From: Thermoplasmatota archaeon | GTDB lineage: Archaea > Thermoplasmatota > Thermoplasmata > UBA10834 | Direction: 5' to 3' | Length of the DNA: 64,000 nucleotides | NCBI GenBank assembly: GCA_040751795.1 | Contig: JBFMHR010000001.1 | Span: 416,001-480,000, forward strand | Shown here: piece after piece, positions 27,356 through 37,552 of the stretch | Layout: each line of letters opens with the position of its first letter | Position numbering within the stretch: position 1 is the stretch's first letter | Notes under the pieces: generated by a model | Seen by the model: the letters and a program-made list of their open reading frames with translations, nothing else | The model's database searches: none | Told to the model about the DNA's origin: nothing | Translations under genes and position numbers: made by a program

Positions 27356-27492
27356 GCGAAGGACTCCTGCACGTGGATGATGGCATGCGGAACGAAGGGC
27401 CTTCGCGGAGACGGTATCGCACGAGCTCCTACGATATCGGCGGAGGCCATCCATCAACGCTTGTCCTAGGCCGCCCGGGAAAGCGCGCAACC

Positions 27493-27500
27493 TTATTATA
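27493..27500. promoter_or_regulatory. TATA box in divergent intergenic region
   Basis: GCAACC-TTATTATA upstream of the clostripain gene. Confidence 0.55.
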
Positions 27501-27581
27501 GCAAAGTCTCGGATTCGCGTGTCAGTACCGGGGCGATGGACGTCTTTGTCCATCGCGCGGGCACGGAATTGGGGGAAGAGA

Positions 27582-28994
27582 ATGAGAGTGACTCAGAAGC
27601 GCGTTTTGATGGTAGGGTTGCTGCTCTCCGCATCGATGGTCATGTCGGGCATGGTCGCTGCCGGCCCTGTCCTGCAGCCGCCTCCGACGGCCGAGGCCGA
27701 GGACGGGGGCACATGGACCGTATTCGTGTACCTTTGCGGCGACAACAACCTCGAGAGCTATGCGATCGAAGACCTGGTCGAGATGGAGAACGTCGGGTCC
27801 CAGAACGGCGTGACGATCATAGTCCTGCTGGACACGCTGACCTACACGGAGGACACTCACTGGCTCCTGATCGAGAAGGGCGTGACGCACTACGACGCCG
27901 AGACGGGCGAGCTTGACTGCGACTGCGACCTGTTCGAGGAGGAGGGTTGCCCCGGCGAGGTCGACATGGGCGATGGCGAGAGGCTCACATGGGCGGTCGT
28001 GACCGCGTTCTCGTACGCCCCCGCGGACCACTACATGCTGGTGCTGTGGGACCACGGCGGCGGATGGAGGGGCGTCTGCTACGACGACGGCTCCCTCGCG
28101 GACGTGCCGCAGGGCTGGGTCTCCAGGCTCACCACGCCGGAGACCGCAGCATCCCTCGCTGCCGCCCAGGAGCAGCTCAATGCGCTCGAGGGGACCGAGG
28201 ACTATAAGCTCACCATCCTCGGCTACGACGCCTGCCTGAACGCGATGATCGAGGTCGTGTACCAGAACAGGAACATCGCGGACTACATGTTCGCGTCCAT
28301 CAACCTGGTCCCCGGCCAGGGGATGGGCTACGAGGGCTTCCTGTCATTCATGGTCCAGGACCCGAGGCCGTCGGTCGAGGAGATTGGCATCGAGATAGTC
28401 GACTCGTACATCGAGTTCTACGAGAACCTGATATCGGAGACGGGCCAGGGCATCGAGTACTTCGGCGACACGACCCTGTCGTTCATCAAGCTCGGCGACC
28501 GCGTGACGCAGCTCGGCGAGGACATCGACGCGCTCGCGCACGAGCTGATCGACGGCGGCTACATGGACACGCACAGGGGCGCAATAGAGTCGGCGGAGTC
28601 GCAGACCCCGAGGATACCGACCTACATGGGGGAGCAGTTCCCCTTCATCGACCTCGGCCTGTTCGCCGAGAAGCTCGGCGAGAAGATCCCCGACCTCAAG
28701 CCCCTGACGGACAAGGTCGTCGAGGGCGTCGACGAGATCGTCGTCTACGAGAACCACGTCACCTCCGCCAGCGGGGCGGTCCTGAGGACGTCGGGCATAT
28801 CGGTGTACTTCACCTGCTCGTACCACTGGATCAACCCGGCCTACTGGTTCGAGGACATAGAGGACGCGGAGCTCTACGGGCTGAACACGCTGTACTACGG
28901 CATGGACTTCACCGTGAACACCTGGTGGGACGAGTTCGTCTTCACCTTCTGCCAGGCATACGACGAGAGCGTCCTCGACCTCGAAGAGGACTGA
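27582..28994 (+). CDS. Secreted clostripain-family cysteine peptidase (C11)
   Basis: Signal peptide, WTVFVYLCGDNNLE, WDHGGGW, YDACLN. Confidence 0.92.
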   Translation: MRVTQKRVLMVGLLLSASMVMSGMVAAGPVLQPPPTAEAEDGGTWTVFVYLCGDNNLESYAIEDLVEMENVGSQNGVTIIVLLDTLTYTEDTHWLLIEKGVTHYDAETGELDCDCDLFEEEGCPGEVDMGDGERLTWAVVTAFSYAPADHYMLVLWDHGGGWRGVCYDDGSLADVPQGWVSRLTTPETAASLAAAQEQLNALEGTEDYKLTILGYDACLNAMIEVVYQNRNIADYMFASINLVPGQGMGYEGFLSFMVQDPRPSVEEIGIEIVDSYIEFYENLISETGQGIEYFGDTTLSFIKLGDRVTQLGEDIDALAHELIDGGYMDTHRGAIESAESQTPRIPTYMGEQFPFIDLGLFAEKLGEKIPDLKPLTDKVVEGVDEIVVYENHVTSASGAVLRTSGISVYFTCSYHWINPAYWFEDIEDAELYGLNTLYYGMDFTVNTWWDEFVFTFCQAYDESVLDLEED

Positions 28995-29008
28995 AACCGC
29001 AGCAAACC

Positions 29009-29040
29009 GTGCGGCCCGAGAGGGCCGCACACTCGATTTT
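29009..29040 (+). terminator. Hairpin terminator between convergent genes
   Basis: GTGCGGCCC-GAGA-GGGCCGCAC followed by ACTCGATTTT. Confidence 0.7.
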
Positions 29041-29068
29041 CATTCATCCGCGAGAGCGAGTCCGCCGT

Positions 29069-30580
29069 CTATCCCCATAGCGCCGAGTACTTCCTCTCGA
29101 GGTACCTGGTGAACGGCTCCGGGGAGAGCGGCCTCCCCGCGACCTTCTCGACCAGCTCGGCCGCGTCGTACAGCGAGCCCCAGCGGTGGACCTCCTCCCT
29201 CAGCCACCCGATGACCGCCTGCGGCCTCCCCTCGGCGACCTCCTGCTGCCACCCGGGCATGTCCTTGTCGAGCCTCTCGACGTACATCCCGTCGTAGACG
29301 TTGCCCATCGCGTAGCTCTGGAAGTACCCGAAGGAGCCGGAGCTCCAGTGGACGTCCTGCATGACGCCCTCGACGTCGTCCTCGACCTTCACGCCGAGGT
29401 ACCTGTCGTAGAGGTCGTTCCACACCCGGGGGAGCTCCTTCACCGCGACCTTCCCGCCGAAGAGCGCCCTCTCGATCTCGAACCTTATCGCGACGTGTAT
29501 GCAGTAGGTGACCTCGTCCGCCTTCACCCGTATCTTGGTCCTCGCGACCCTGTTGAGCGACCTCATCAGGCCGTCCAGCTGTAGGTCCGAGTAGGCCGGC
29601 GCCGTGAGCTCCTTGAACCTCGGGAGGTAGTGGGACCAGAACTGCCTCGAGGTCCCGACCATGTTCTCCACGAACCTGGAGCACGACTCGTGCACCCCCA
29701 TGCTCGCGGGGTGCGACACCGGCTGGTAGATCCACTCCCGGTTGATGTTCTGGTCGTACATGGCGTGGCCGGACTCGTGCATCGCGCCGAGGAGCGTGTC
29801 GAAGAGGCCGTCGTCCTTCAGCCTGATGGCGATCCTGACGTCGTCCACGTAGCCGGTGGTGAACGGGTGGATGGTCTCGTCTATGCGGCCCCTGGCCTTG
29901 TCGGAGACGGTGTCGAAGCCGAGGAGGTTGACGACGTCCTTGACGACCTCCCTCTGCGCATGCAGGGGCACCTTCCTCAGGAGGACGGACGGGCCTGCGG
30001 CCTCCGACGCGGGGGCGAACTTGTCCGTGAGCCTGACGAGGTCGCGCCTCAGGCCGGCGAGGATCTCCGCCGCCTGGTCCCCGGTCATGCCCCGCTCGTA
30101 GTCGTACATCAGGGAGTCGAAGACGGTCCTCGTCCCCCTGGCCTCCATGGCCGCCTCGGCCAGCTTGGCGCTGAGGTCGACCATCCTCTCCAGCTCCGGC
30201 TCGAAGACGCGCCAGTCCTTGGCGTTCCTCGCCCTGGCCCACGCGTCCCTCGCGGTCGCGGTCTGCTTCGTGTACTCGCCCAGGAGGTCCTCGGGGACGC
30301 TCATGGCGATGTCCCTCTCCCTCCTCAGGAGGTGGAGGTTCCTGGACTGGACCTCGTCGAGGGAGGCGCGCTCCCTCTCGCACTCGCGCAGGAGCGTGCC
30401 GAGCTCGTCGCTCGTGAGAAGCCTGTGCCCCAGGCGCCTGAGGAGGCCCAGCTGGTCCCCCCTCATGTCCGTCCCGCCCGGGGGCATGTAGGTCTCCATG
30501 TCCCACATCATCATCAGGGCGGTCGAGTCGATCAGCACTGTCTCGCGGTACCTGTCCATCAACTTCTGATAGGAGCTCAT
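29069..30580 (-). CDS. Carboxypeptidase M32
   Basis: WDMETYMPPGG, HPF, HESGHAMY, HESCS, IRVKADEVTY, GVMQDVHW. Confidence 0.96.
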   Translation of the reverse strand: MSSYQKLMDRYRETVLIDSTALMMMWDMETYMPPGGTDMRGDQLGLLRRLGHRLLTSDELGTLLRECERERASLDEVQSRNLHLLRRERDIAMSVPEDLLGEYTKQTATARDAWARARNAKDWRVFEPELERMVDLSAKLAEAAMEARGTRTVFDSLMYDYERGMTGDQAAEILAGLRRDLVRLTDKFAPASEAAGPSVLLRKVPLHAQREVVKDVVNLLGFDTVSDKARGRIDETIHPFTTGYVDDVRIAIRLKDDGLFDTLLGAMHESGHAMYDQNINREWIYQPVSHPASMGVHESCSRFVENMVGTSRQFWSHYLPRFKELTAPAYSDLQLDGLMRSLNRVARTKIRVKADEVTYCIHVAIRFEIERALFGGKVAVKELPRVWNDLYDRYLGVKVEDDVEGVMQDVHWSSGSFGYFQSYAMGNVYDGMYVERLDKDMPGWQQEVAEGRPQAVIGWLREEVHRWGSLYDAAELVEKVAGRPLSPEPFTRYLERKYSALWG

Positions 30581-30723
30581 GTGAACTGCCCTCGGGGGTG
30601 GCGGACTGGCCGGGTGATGACGGTCCATGGTGATTAGCCTTTGCGAGGCTACCGATTTGTGTGAGAAACGCGAGGGGCCGAGGCCCGGCCCCGTCGCCTA
30701 TCGGTTTGTCTCCTGGACCGGGC

Positions 30724-31065
30724 TCACTTCCCCTTCTTCTTCGGCGGGAGGACCATCCAGTCCCCCACCTCCCGGAGCACGGTCAAGTTGAACGATCCAG
30801 GGACGAAGAAATCGCTGTCGTCTATGCACAATCTGTCGAAGACCGGGTCGCTGTATTCCCGCAATACGTCGAAGTCGGAGAACTTCTTGCACTCCCAGAT
30901 CCATGTCACGTCGTAGCGGCCGATGTTCATGGTCGAGCCGTATACGCCCTTCAGCGTCCACCCGGGTGGGCTGTGTTTCCTGAACGCGTCGATGTTCTTC
31001 GTGATATGCTCCTTGTATTCGAGGTCCCTCCCCTTCTCAATGTTCGCACTCCATAGCACTAACAC
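30724..31065 (-). CDS. Small hypothetical protein, dimeric alpha/beta-barrel-like
   Basis: GGAGGAGGTGA RBS, GWTLKGVY...GRYDVTWIWE. Confidence 0.7.
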   Translation of the reverse strand: MLVLWSANIEKGRDLEYKEHITKNIDAFRKHSPPGWTLKGVYGSTMNIGRYDVTWIWECKKFSDFDVLREYSDPVFDRLCIDDSDFFVPGSFNLTVLREVGDWMVLPPKKKGK

Positions 31066-31223
31066 CTTCTCACCTCCTCCTCGAACCACCCTCGAGGTTA
31101 CCTTTCAATGGGGCCCACCTGATACTAGTAAGTTCGCGGGGATCCGTTCGTCGGCCGCCGAAGTCGCCCTGAGCGGGGGAGGGCTGAGGCCTTGAAGTAC
31201 GGCCTCCCCGATTCGGAGGAACG

Positions 31224-31901
31224 ATGACGGAGTTGGCCCGTGCGGACGGAGGGGCGCCTCAGGCGTCGGCCGTCTCATTCCGGCCCTGCGCCCCCGGCGA
31301 CATACCCGCGTGTGCACGCCTCGCGCGCGACGCGTGGCCGGCAGGGCCTTCCGTCGCCTCGAAGGAGCTGGAGCTCGCCGGGATGGAGGGGTACATGCAG
31401 TACTCCCTCGACGCGTCCAACTGGAGCGAGGTCGCGTGCACCGACGAGGGGATGGTCGGGTTCCTGTTCGGGAGGATAGACGGCCTGCCGACGGGCCCGC
31501 CCCCGGAGCGGGGGCTCCTCGGTGAGCTGCCCTCGCTGCTCTCGTCCATACTGGACCACGACCGGAGGGAGCCGAGGATGCTCGCGTTCCTCTGGAGCCT
31601 CGCGATGACCGAGTTCAAGGTGAGGGTGAACACCCCGCAGTCGGACGCGGCAGTGGAGATGTTCATAGTCGACGCGGCCTGGAGGGGGAAGGGGGTCGGG
31701 ACGACGCTCCTCGACAGGTTCCTGAAGGCCGCGAAGGACGCCGGGGCCAGGCGGGTCACCGTGTACACGGACGAGCTCATGAGCAACTGGCGGTTCTACG
31801 AGGGCCGCGGTTTCACCCGCGTGGCCACCTTCCACGACGACATAACCTCGCACTACTCCGGGTCCCCGGCGCGGGGGATCATCTTCGCGATGGACCTGTA
31901 G
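31224..31901 (+). CDS. GNAT-family N-acetyltransferase
   Basis: VDAAWRGKGVGTTLL, NWRFYEGRGF. Confidence 0.9.
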   Translation: MTELARADGGAPQASAVSFRPCAPGDIPACARLARDAWPAGPSVASKELELAGMEGYMQYSLDASNWSEVACTDEGMVGFLFGRIDGLPTGPPPERGLLGELPSLLSSILDHDRREPRMLAFLWSLAMTEFKVRVNTPQSDAAVEMFIVDAAWRGKGVGTTLLDRFLKAAKDAGARRVTVYTDELMSNWRFYEGRGFTRVATFHDDITSHYSGSPARGIIFAMDL

Positions 31902-31922
31902 CCCAGGGGTATGCGGGGTCGC

Positions 31923-32609
31923 TCAGAACCTGCCCTTCGCCCCGCCGCCCCCGGACCTTCCACCGCCGAACCTGCCCCTCGTGAGTATGCCTCCGAGCCA
32001 GAAGAACGCCCTGCCCCGGGTGGCGACGCCCACCACCAGGAACACGGCGATGGCGAGCCCGAGCTGCCAGTAGTCGATCCTCAGGAACTCGATGTCGTAC
32101 CCATCTTCGTTGATCCTCTCGGGGTCCGCGGTCAGCTCCTCCACGAGGGCGGCGACCGTGTAGAATATGCCTGGGTAGTAGTCCTGGACCGCGAGGTACG
32201 GTTCGAGGTTCTCCCTCCCTATCGTGCCGACCTTCGCGTCGTTGAGGATCCCCTCGAGGCCGTAGCCGACCTCTATCCTCCACATCTCCTCCTCGGTCGA
32301 CACGAGGAGGAGGACGCCGTTGTCCAGGTCCTCCTTCCCTATGCCCGATTCCCTGAATAGCTCCACGGCGAAGATGTCAATCCCCATGGGGAGGGTGGTG
32401 TCCACGATGACTATGGCCACCTCGTCGGAGGTGACCTGGTCCAGCTGGTAGCAGATCTCGTCGAGGGTGGATATCTCGTCGTAGGTGAGGACGCCGACGA
32501 AGTCGTTCGCGTAGAGGTATATCTCAGGCAGGTCCTGGGCGGCCGATGGGGACGGCAGGAGCGCTGAGGCCATGATGACGACAGCCAGCGCGCGCCCGTA
32601 GCCCTTCAT
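31923..32609 (-). CDS. TPM-domain membrane protein
   Basis: GIGKEDLDNGVLLLV, RIEVGYGLEG, GGGRSGGGGA tail. Confidence 0.93.
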   Translation of the reverse strand: MKGYGRALAVVIMASALLPSPSAAQDLPEIYLYANDFVGVLTYDEISTLDEICYQLDQVTSDEVAIVIVDTTLPMGIDIFAVELFRESGIGKEDLDNGVLLLVSTEEEMWRIEVGYGLEGILNDAKVGTIGRENLEPYLAVQDYYPGIFYTVAALVEELTADPERINEDGYDIEFLRIDYWQLGLAIAVFLVVGVATRGRAFFWLGGILTRGRFGGGRSGGGGAKGRF

Positions 32610-32633
32610 GTGCCGCCCCGCCTCGAGGGACGC

Positions 32634-33191
32634 CTAGGCCTCGCCCGGGATCGGGTCGTAGTAGCGCTTCTCCTCGAAGCCGAACATCCCCGCGAAGAGC
32701 ACGCCCGGGACGCGCTTGATCTTGCTGTTGTAGTCCCGCACGTACTCGTTGTAGTACATCCTCTCGACGGCGATCCTGTTCTCGGTCCCCGCGACCTCGT
32801 CCATGAGGTCCGCGACGAGCGGTATCGAGCTTAGCACCGGGTAGTTCTCGGCGGCGAAGTAGGCGAGGACGATGGTGTTGATCTCCCCGTCGAGGGCGAT
32901 GGACGTGTTGAGCCTCTCCTCGCTGGTGAGGGCGTTGAGCCACTCCATCCTCAGCGCGGTGATGTTCGCCAGGGTCGACGCCTCGAACTGCGTGTACTGG
33001 CTGGTGATGTTCACCAGGTTGGGGATGAGGTCTATCTTCCTCTGGTACTCGTTCTCGACCTGTGCCCACTGGGACTCGACCTGCTGCTCCGCGTCGACGA
33101 GGCCGTTGTAAGTCACGACGATCAGCGCCAGGACGATGACCACGGCCACTACCGCGATTATCAGGGCCAGCAGGGGCTTCGAGAGCTTCAT
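32634..33191 (-). CDS. lemA: LemA family protein
   Basis: TM, YNGLV, QRKIDLIPNLV, ENYPVL, TENRIAVER.YYN. Confidence 0.95.
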   Translation of the reverse strand: MKLSKPLLALIIAVVAVVIVLALIVVTYNGLVDAEQQVESQWAQVENEYQRKIDLIPNLVNITSQYTQFEASTLANITALRMEWLNALTSEERLNTSIALDGEINTIVLAYFAAENYPVLSSIPLVADLMDEVAGTENRIAVERMYYNEYVRDYNSKIKRVPGVLFAGMFGFEEKRYYDPIPGEA

Positions 33192-33255
33192 GAACGGCGT
33201 TACAGGAGAGCCTGTAGAAATAACCTTGGCCCAAAGTCGTCCGGGGGGTCGGGGC

Positions 33256-33747
33256 CTACGTGGACACGACCACCTTGTACGACCTCTTCCCGGTCATGAG
33301 GTCTATGTCTATCCGGCCGATGTTGACGCGCCTGACGGAGTCGTCGTCGACCTGCTCCGCAGCGACCTTCTCCGGGTCCCCCTCGTGCTTCAGGATCATG
33401 GTCATGAGCGCGTGGCGCTTCTCCTCGACGTCCTGGACGAAGGTGACCCTGCCCCGGAACTGAGTCGTCTGGTAGAGGTGGTCGCAGCTGCCGTGGGCGT
33501 ACCCGAGGTCTATGAGCGCCTGCCCCCAGACCCTGTTGTCCCTCCTGAGGGCGTCGACCTTCCTCCCCTCGTGGGCGCAGTGGAAGTATATGGCTTTCCT
33601 CGCCTCGTCGTAGCCGTGGCTGAGGGTGGCCAGGTACGGGCCGTCCTCGTCGCTCATGGCTATGGTCACGTGCCTCGTCTCCTTCAGGACCCTGACCATC
33701 TCCGCCCTGTCCGTGACCTCCTTCTCCTTGCGCCTGATGCCTTTCAT
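33256..33747 (-). CDS. Pyridoxamine 5'-phosphate oxidase-like flavin-binding protein (NimA-like)
   Basis: RRKEKE, PYLATLSHG, IYFHCAHEGRK, MTGK. Confidence 0.88.
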   Translation of the reverse strand: MKGIRRKEKEVTDRAEMVRVLKETRHVTIAMSDEDGPYLATLSHGYDEARKAIYFHCAHEGRKVDALRRDNRVWGQALIDLGYAHGSCDHLYQTTQFRGRVTFVQDVEEKRHALMTMILKHEGDPEKVAAEQVDDDSVRRVNIGRIDIDLMTGKRSYKVVVST

Positions 33748-33863
33748 GGTACAGCCTCCGGCGTCCTCAGGGAACCCCTTCCGGCGATTAGTAGGTATGT
33801 CCGCTCCCGGGATGGAAGATCCGATGCCCCGGCCCGCGGGCCGGGGCGTTGTTCGTGTTTATG

Positions 33864-36023
33864 TCAGCCCAGCACCTCGACGAGGGGCACCGCCGCGTTC
33901 CCCCACTCGACCGCGAGCTTCAGGACGTCCTCCTCGTACCACGGTTCCAGCTGGTCCTCCATCACGGACTGCAGCTGCGCGAGCGCTTCGTCGGTCGTCA
34001 TCGACCCGTCCTTGAGGCCCAGGTACACTCCCTGTATGTCGACATAGTCCTGGGCCTGGTCGAAGTCGTCGCCCCAGTACATGAAGCAGTCCGTCATCTG
34101 GGAGAAGACCTCGACGTACGCCCCCCTGCTGCAGTAGACGCCCCACTCCATGCTCCGGACGGCCTCGAGGGACGACGCAGCGCGGTCCCGGTCGCCCGCC
34201 TCCAGCGCAGCGGCTGCCGCCGTCACCGCGGAGTAGTCCGTCGCGTGCTGGTGCGGCCTGAAGAGCGGTTCCCACGACGGCATCATGCCGCCCTCGCCCA
34301 TTGTCCACGGGATGAGTATCCTCCTCGCGTCGATGATCGCGCGGTTGAGCTCGTCCGCGTCGGCGATGGCCGCGGCCTTCTGCTTCGGGGTCTTCGCCGC
34401 GGCGTACGCAGCCTCGATCTCGTCCGCCCTGACGTTGATGGCGGCGGACACCGCCTCCATCTCGGTCAATGCGGCCAGGGCCGCGTCGATGTTCGCGCGC
34501 TGCGACGGCACCATCGGCCTCTCAGAGCAGAGGTCCTGCTGCGCCCAGTCGCACACGAGCACGAGGTCGAGGGGCAGCACCAGCGCGCCCACGGCCCTGT
34601 AGCCCATGAGGGCGGTCAGCTCCAGGACCATGCCGAGCATGTCCGGGGACTGGATCTCGATCGTGTCGAGCTGCGTGTGGTAGTACGGGTCGAAGCCCGT
34701 CCCCCAGACCATCTCGACCGCGGTGCCGCCGCCCTTGCCGGCGAAGGACCACGCGTCGGTCCAGGTCCACACGGGCGTGTAGCAGTTCAGGACGTTGAGG
34801 TAGCCCAGGTCGGATATGGCGCTCCAGACGAAGTCGGAGACCTCCAGCGATATCTCGAGCCACACCTTCCCGTCAACCTTCGGGAAGCTCCCGCCGTCGA
34901 TGTTGAGCTCCATGACCAGGCCGTCCATGATCTCCGGGTGCTTCACGACGAACTCGTACGAGCCCACGAGCCAGTTGAACCATGTGCCGTCCGGGCCGCC
35001 GCTCTCCTCCGAGCCGACGGAGCAGAACACGAGCGTCCTCTCGTTCACGTAGTCGCCCGAGGCCCTCGCCTCGGAGAACATCCTAGCCATCTCGAGCACG
35101 ACCGCAACGGACGAGCAGTCGTCGAAAGAGCCGTTCCACCAGGTGTCTATGTGCCCCGATATGACGATGTACTCCTCCGCCCTGGTCGTCCCCAGGAGCA
35201 CGCCCGCGACGTTGACCGAGCTGGCGTCGGAGTCGAAGTCCGTCCTGCCCGTGACCTTCAGCGTGACCTTGCCCTCCGCCATCAGCTCCTGGAGCCTCGC
35301 GGCGGAGTTGGGCGATATGGATATCGCGGGTATTCGGGAGAACACCGAGTCCTGCTTTATCCCCTCGGGGTGGTCCGCGCCGTCGAAGTAGCCGTAGAAC
35401 ATGACCGCGGACGCGCCGTGGAGCGCGGCCTCCTCGGCGGGCGTGTTGGGCCAGCCCTGCGTGTTGTCGTTCCTGTGCACGAGCGCGATGGCGCCCTCGA
35501 GGCTGTCATCCGGGCCGCACGCCCCGTCGAAGTCCGCATGGGTCCCGTAGCCCACGTCGACCACATCGGCCACCAGGACGGTCCCGTCATCGTTGTTCCC
35601 GTGGGTGTAGAGCTCGCCGTCGATGTAGCCCCAGACGGACTGGGCGTCGCCGTACGTCGTGGCCGGCACGTCCTCATAGCCCTCGGAGACGATCTCCACG
35701 GTCGCCATCTCGGCGTGGTCCCAGTTGGACACCCTGTACTCCTCCCACCACACCTCGTCCAGGGGCATGGCCTCCATCTGGCCCTTCACGTACTCCTGCG
35801 CCGCCCTCTCCTCGGGGGACCCCGAGGTCTTCTCGCCGAGCGAGGACAGGTACTCCAGCTGCTCCCACGCATGGCCGTAGTCGATGCGGTCCATGAAGGC
35901 CGCCTCGTCAGCCGCGAGGGTGACAGGTTTGTTGGTACCTATCGCAGGCAGGCCGTAGCACACCGGCATCGCCAGGACGGTCATGAAGAACAGGCCCACG
36001 ACTAGACTCTGCACTCTGCGCAC
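33864..36023 (-). CDS. Secreted M28 metallopeptidase with PA domain
   Basis: Signal peptide, GHIDT, FDDCSS, GSEESG, NIDG, YYHTQLDT. Confidence 0.9.
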   Translation of the reverse strand: MRRVQSLVVGLFFMTVLAMPVCYGLPAIGTNKPVTLAADEAAFMDRIDYGHAWEQLEYLSSLGEKTSGSPEERAAQEYVKGQMEAMPLDEVWWEEYRVSNWDHAEMATVEIVSEGYEDVPATTYGDAQSVWGYIDGELYTHGNNDDGTVLVADVVDVGYGTHADFDGACGPDDSLEGAIALVHRNDNTQGWPNTPAEEAALHGASAVMFYGYFDGADHPEGIKQDSVFSRIPAISISPNSAARLQELMAEGKVTLKVTGRTDFDSDASSVNVAGVLLGTTRAEEYIVISGHIDTWWNGSFDDCSSVAVVLEMARMFSEARASGDYVNERTLVFCSVGSEESGGPDGTWFNWLVGSYEFVVKHPEIMDGLVMELNIDGGSFPKVDGKVWLEISLEVSDFVWSAISDLGYLNVLNCYTPVWTWTDAWSFAGKGGGTAVEMVWGTGFDPYYHTQLDTIEIQSPDMLGMVLELTALMGYRAVGALVLPLDLVLVCDWAQQDLCSERPMVPSQRANIDAALAALTEMEAVSAAINVRADEIEAAYAAAKTPKQKAAAIADADELNRAIIDARRILIPWTMGEGGMMPSWEPLFRPHQHATDYSAVTAAAAALEAGDRDRAASSLEAVRSMEWGVYCSRGAYVEVFSQMTDCFMYWGDDFDQAQDYVDIQGVYLGLKDGSMTTDEALAQLQSVMEDQLEPWYEEDVLKLAVEWGNAAVPLVEVLG

Positions 36024-36156
36024 TAGACTCCCCCCAAGCACTTCCCCCTGACATCCCCCGTCAGGGCACACCCGGATGGCGCACTGACAAGATAAACCGT
36101 TCCCATGCCGCACCGGCACGGTGAGCCGGTCAGTACGCCGCCGGCGGGCCTCCCCC

Positions 36157-36166
36157 GATATATATC
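36157..36166. promoter_or_regulatory. Palindromic TATA element between divergent genes
   Basis: GATATATATC between the M28 and PHP genes. Confidence 0.55.
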
Positions 36167-36247
36167 TTGTCATTCTGTAACAGGGACATAGAAATACGCA
36201 TCATGGCGATACACCGGCCCGAGGAAAGGGGGGAGCTTGAGATCCCT

Positions 36248-37378
36248 GTGATACGTGGGAGTCTAGCGAAGATTCTGTGCCTCTCGCTGGTCCTCGCCCT
36301 GACGATCCCGCTGCTGGGCGCGCAGGCGGCCTCGGCCAAGGGACAGGGCAAGGACAAGAGCGATACGACGACATACAACCTCTACTTCGGTGACCTGCAC
36401 ACGCACACGGGCTACTCCGACGCCTATGACGCGGAGAGCACGCCGTGGGACGCGTACGCGGCCGCGATAGCGGGTGGGGCGGACTTCATGGCCGTGACGG
36501 ACCACATGCAGATCTGGCACGCCTACAGCGCGTACGTGCTCGACGAGGAGGAGTGGGCCGACTGCCTGGCGGCGGCGGACTACTACACCTCCGACACCTT
36601 CGTCGCGATGGCCGGGTACGAGGCGTGGCTCCTCGCCAACTGCGGCGAGATCAACGTCTACAACTCGCGCGAGTTCCCGCCCGCGGAGACGCTGGGCAAC
36701 CGCATGGAGAGGCTCCCGAGCTTCTACGACTGGATCACATCGGTGCCGGGCGCCATAGGCCAGTTCAACCACCCGCTCTACGTCAGCGAGGACTTCATGG
36801 ACTACGCCTTCTACAGCGAGGCGAGGGACCTCGGCATGGGGGTCATCGAGGTGCACAACGAGGACTTCTACGAGCCGAGCTACATCAAGGCGCTCGACGC
36901 AGGCTGGCATGTGATGCCCGCGGCGAACTCCGACACGCACTACTCCGACTGGATCGCCGGGCACGAGGTCAGGAGCGTCCTGCTGGCCGAGAGCCTCACG
37001 CCCGAGGACCTGTACGCGGCCATGTCCGCCGGCAGGGGGTACGGCACCCTTGACAGGAACCTCAGGGTCGAGTTCACCCTGGATGGGGCGGCCATGGGCT
37101 CCAACCTCTCTGCACCGGACGGCGCCTACACGGCCTGGATCAAGGTCGAGGACCCCGACGGGGCGGAGCTGGACGAGATAACCCTGGTGGAGATCGTGAC
37201 CGACGGCGGCGTGGTCGTGGCGTCGATGCCGACGTCCGGGTCGCTCGTGGAGCTCACGGTGGACCTCTCCTCGGAGGACTCGAGGTACTTCTACGTCAGG
37301 GTGACGACCGCCTCACCCCTGAACGGGGACGTGCCCGGGGTGACGGCCTGGACGGCGCCGGTGTGGACGGGCCGATGA
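36248..37378 (+). CDS. Secreted PHP-domain (CehA/McbA-like) metallohydrolase, paralog of 19211-20344
   Basis: FGDLHTHTGYSD, VTDH, GYE, NHP, SDTH, AWTAPVWTG. Confidence 0.88.
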   Translation: MIRGSLAKILCLSLVLALTIPLLGAQAASAKGQGKDKSDTTTYNLYFGDLHTHTGYSDAYDAESTPWDAYAAAIAGGADFMAVTDHMQIWHAYSAYVLDEEEWADCLAAADYYTSDTFVAMAGYEAWLLANCGEINVYNSREFPPAETLGNRMERLPSFYDWITSVPGAIGQFNHPLYVSEDFMDYAFYSEARDLGMGVIEVHNEDFYEPSYIKALDAGWHVMPAANSDTHYSDWIAGHEVRSVLLAESLTPEDLYAAMSAGRGYGTLDRNLRVEFTLDGAAMGSNLSAPDGAYTAWIKVEDPDGAELDEITLVEIVTDGGVVVASMPTSGSLVELTVDLSSEDSRYFYVRVTTASPLNGDVPGVTAWTAPVWTGR

Positions 37379-37552
37379 ACTAGGCGCATCCGACCGCGTG
37401 AATCGAACACGGTCAGGGGACCCTCCGCCCGGGCGGGACGGCGCCGGACCGAACATGATTTAAGGCCTTCGTGTCAGAGAATAGCAATCCTTATCTCAGT
37501 CGGATGGATGCCCCAACTGGACGCATCACCGGAATCAGTGGGGGTTCTGCGC

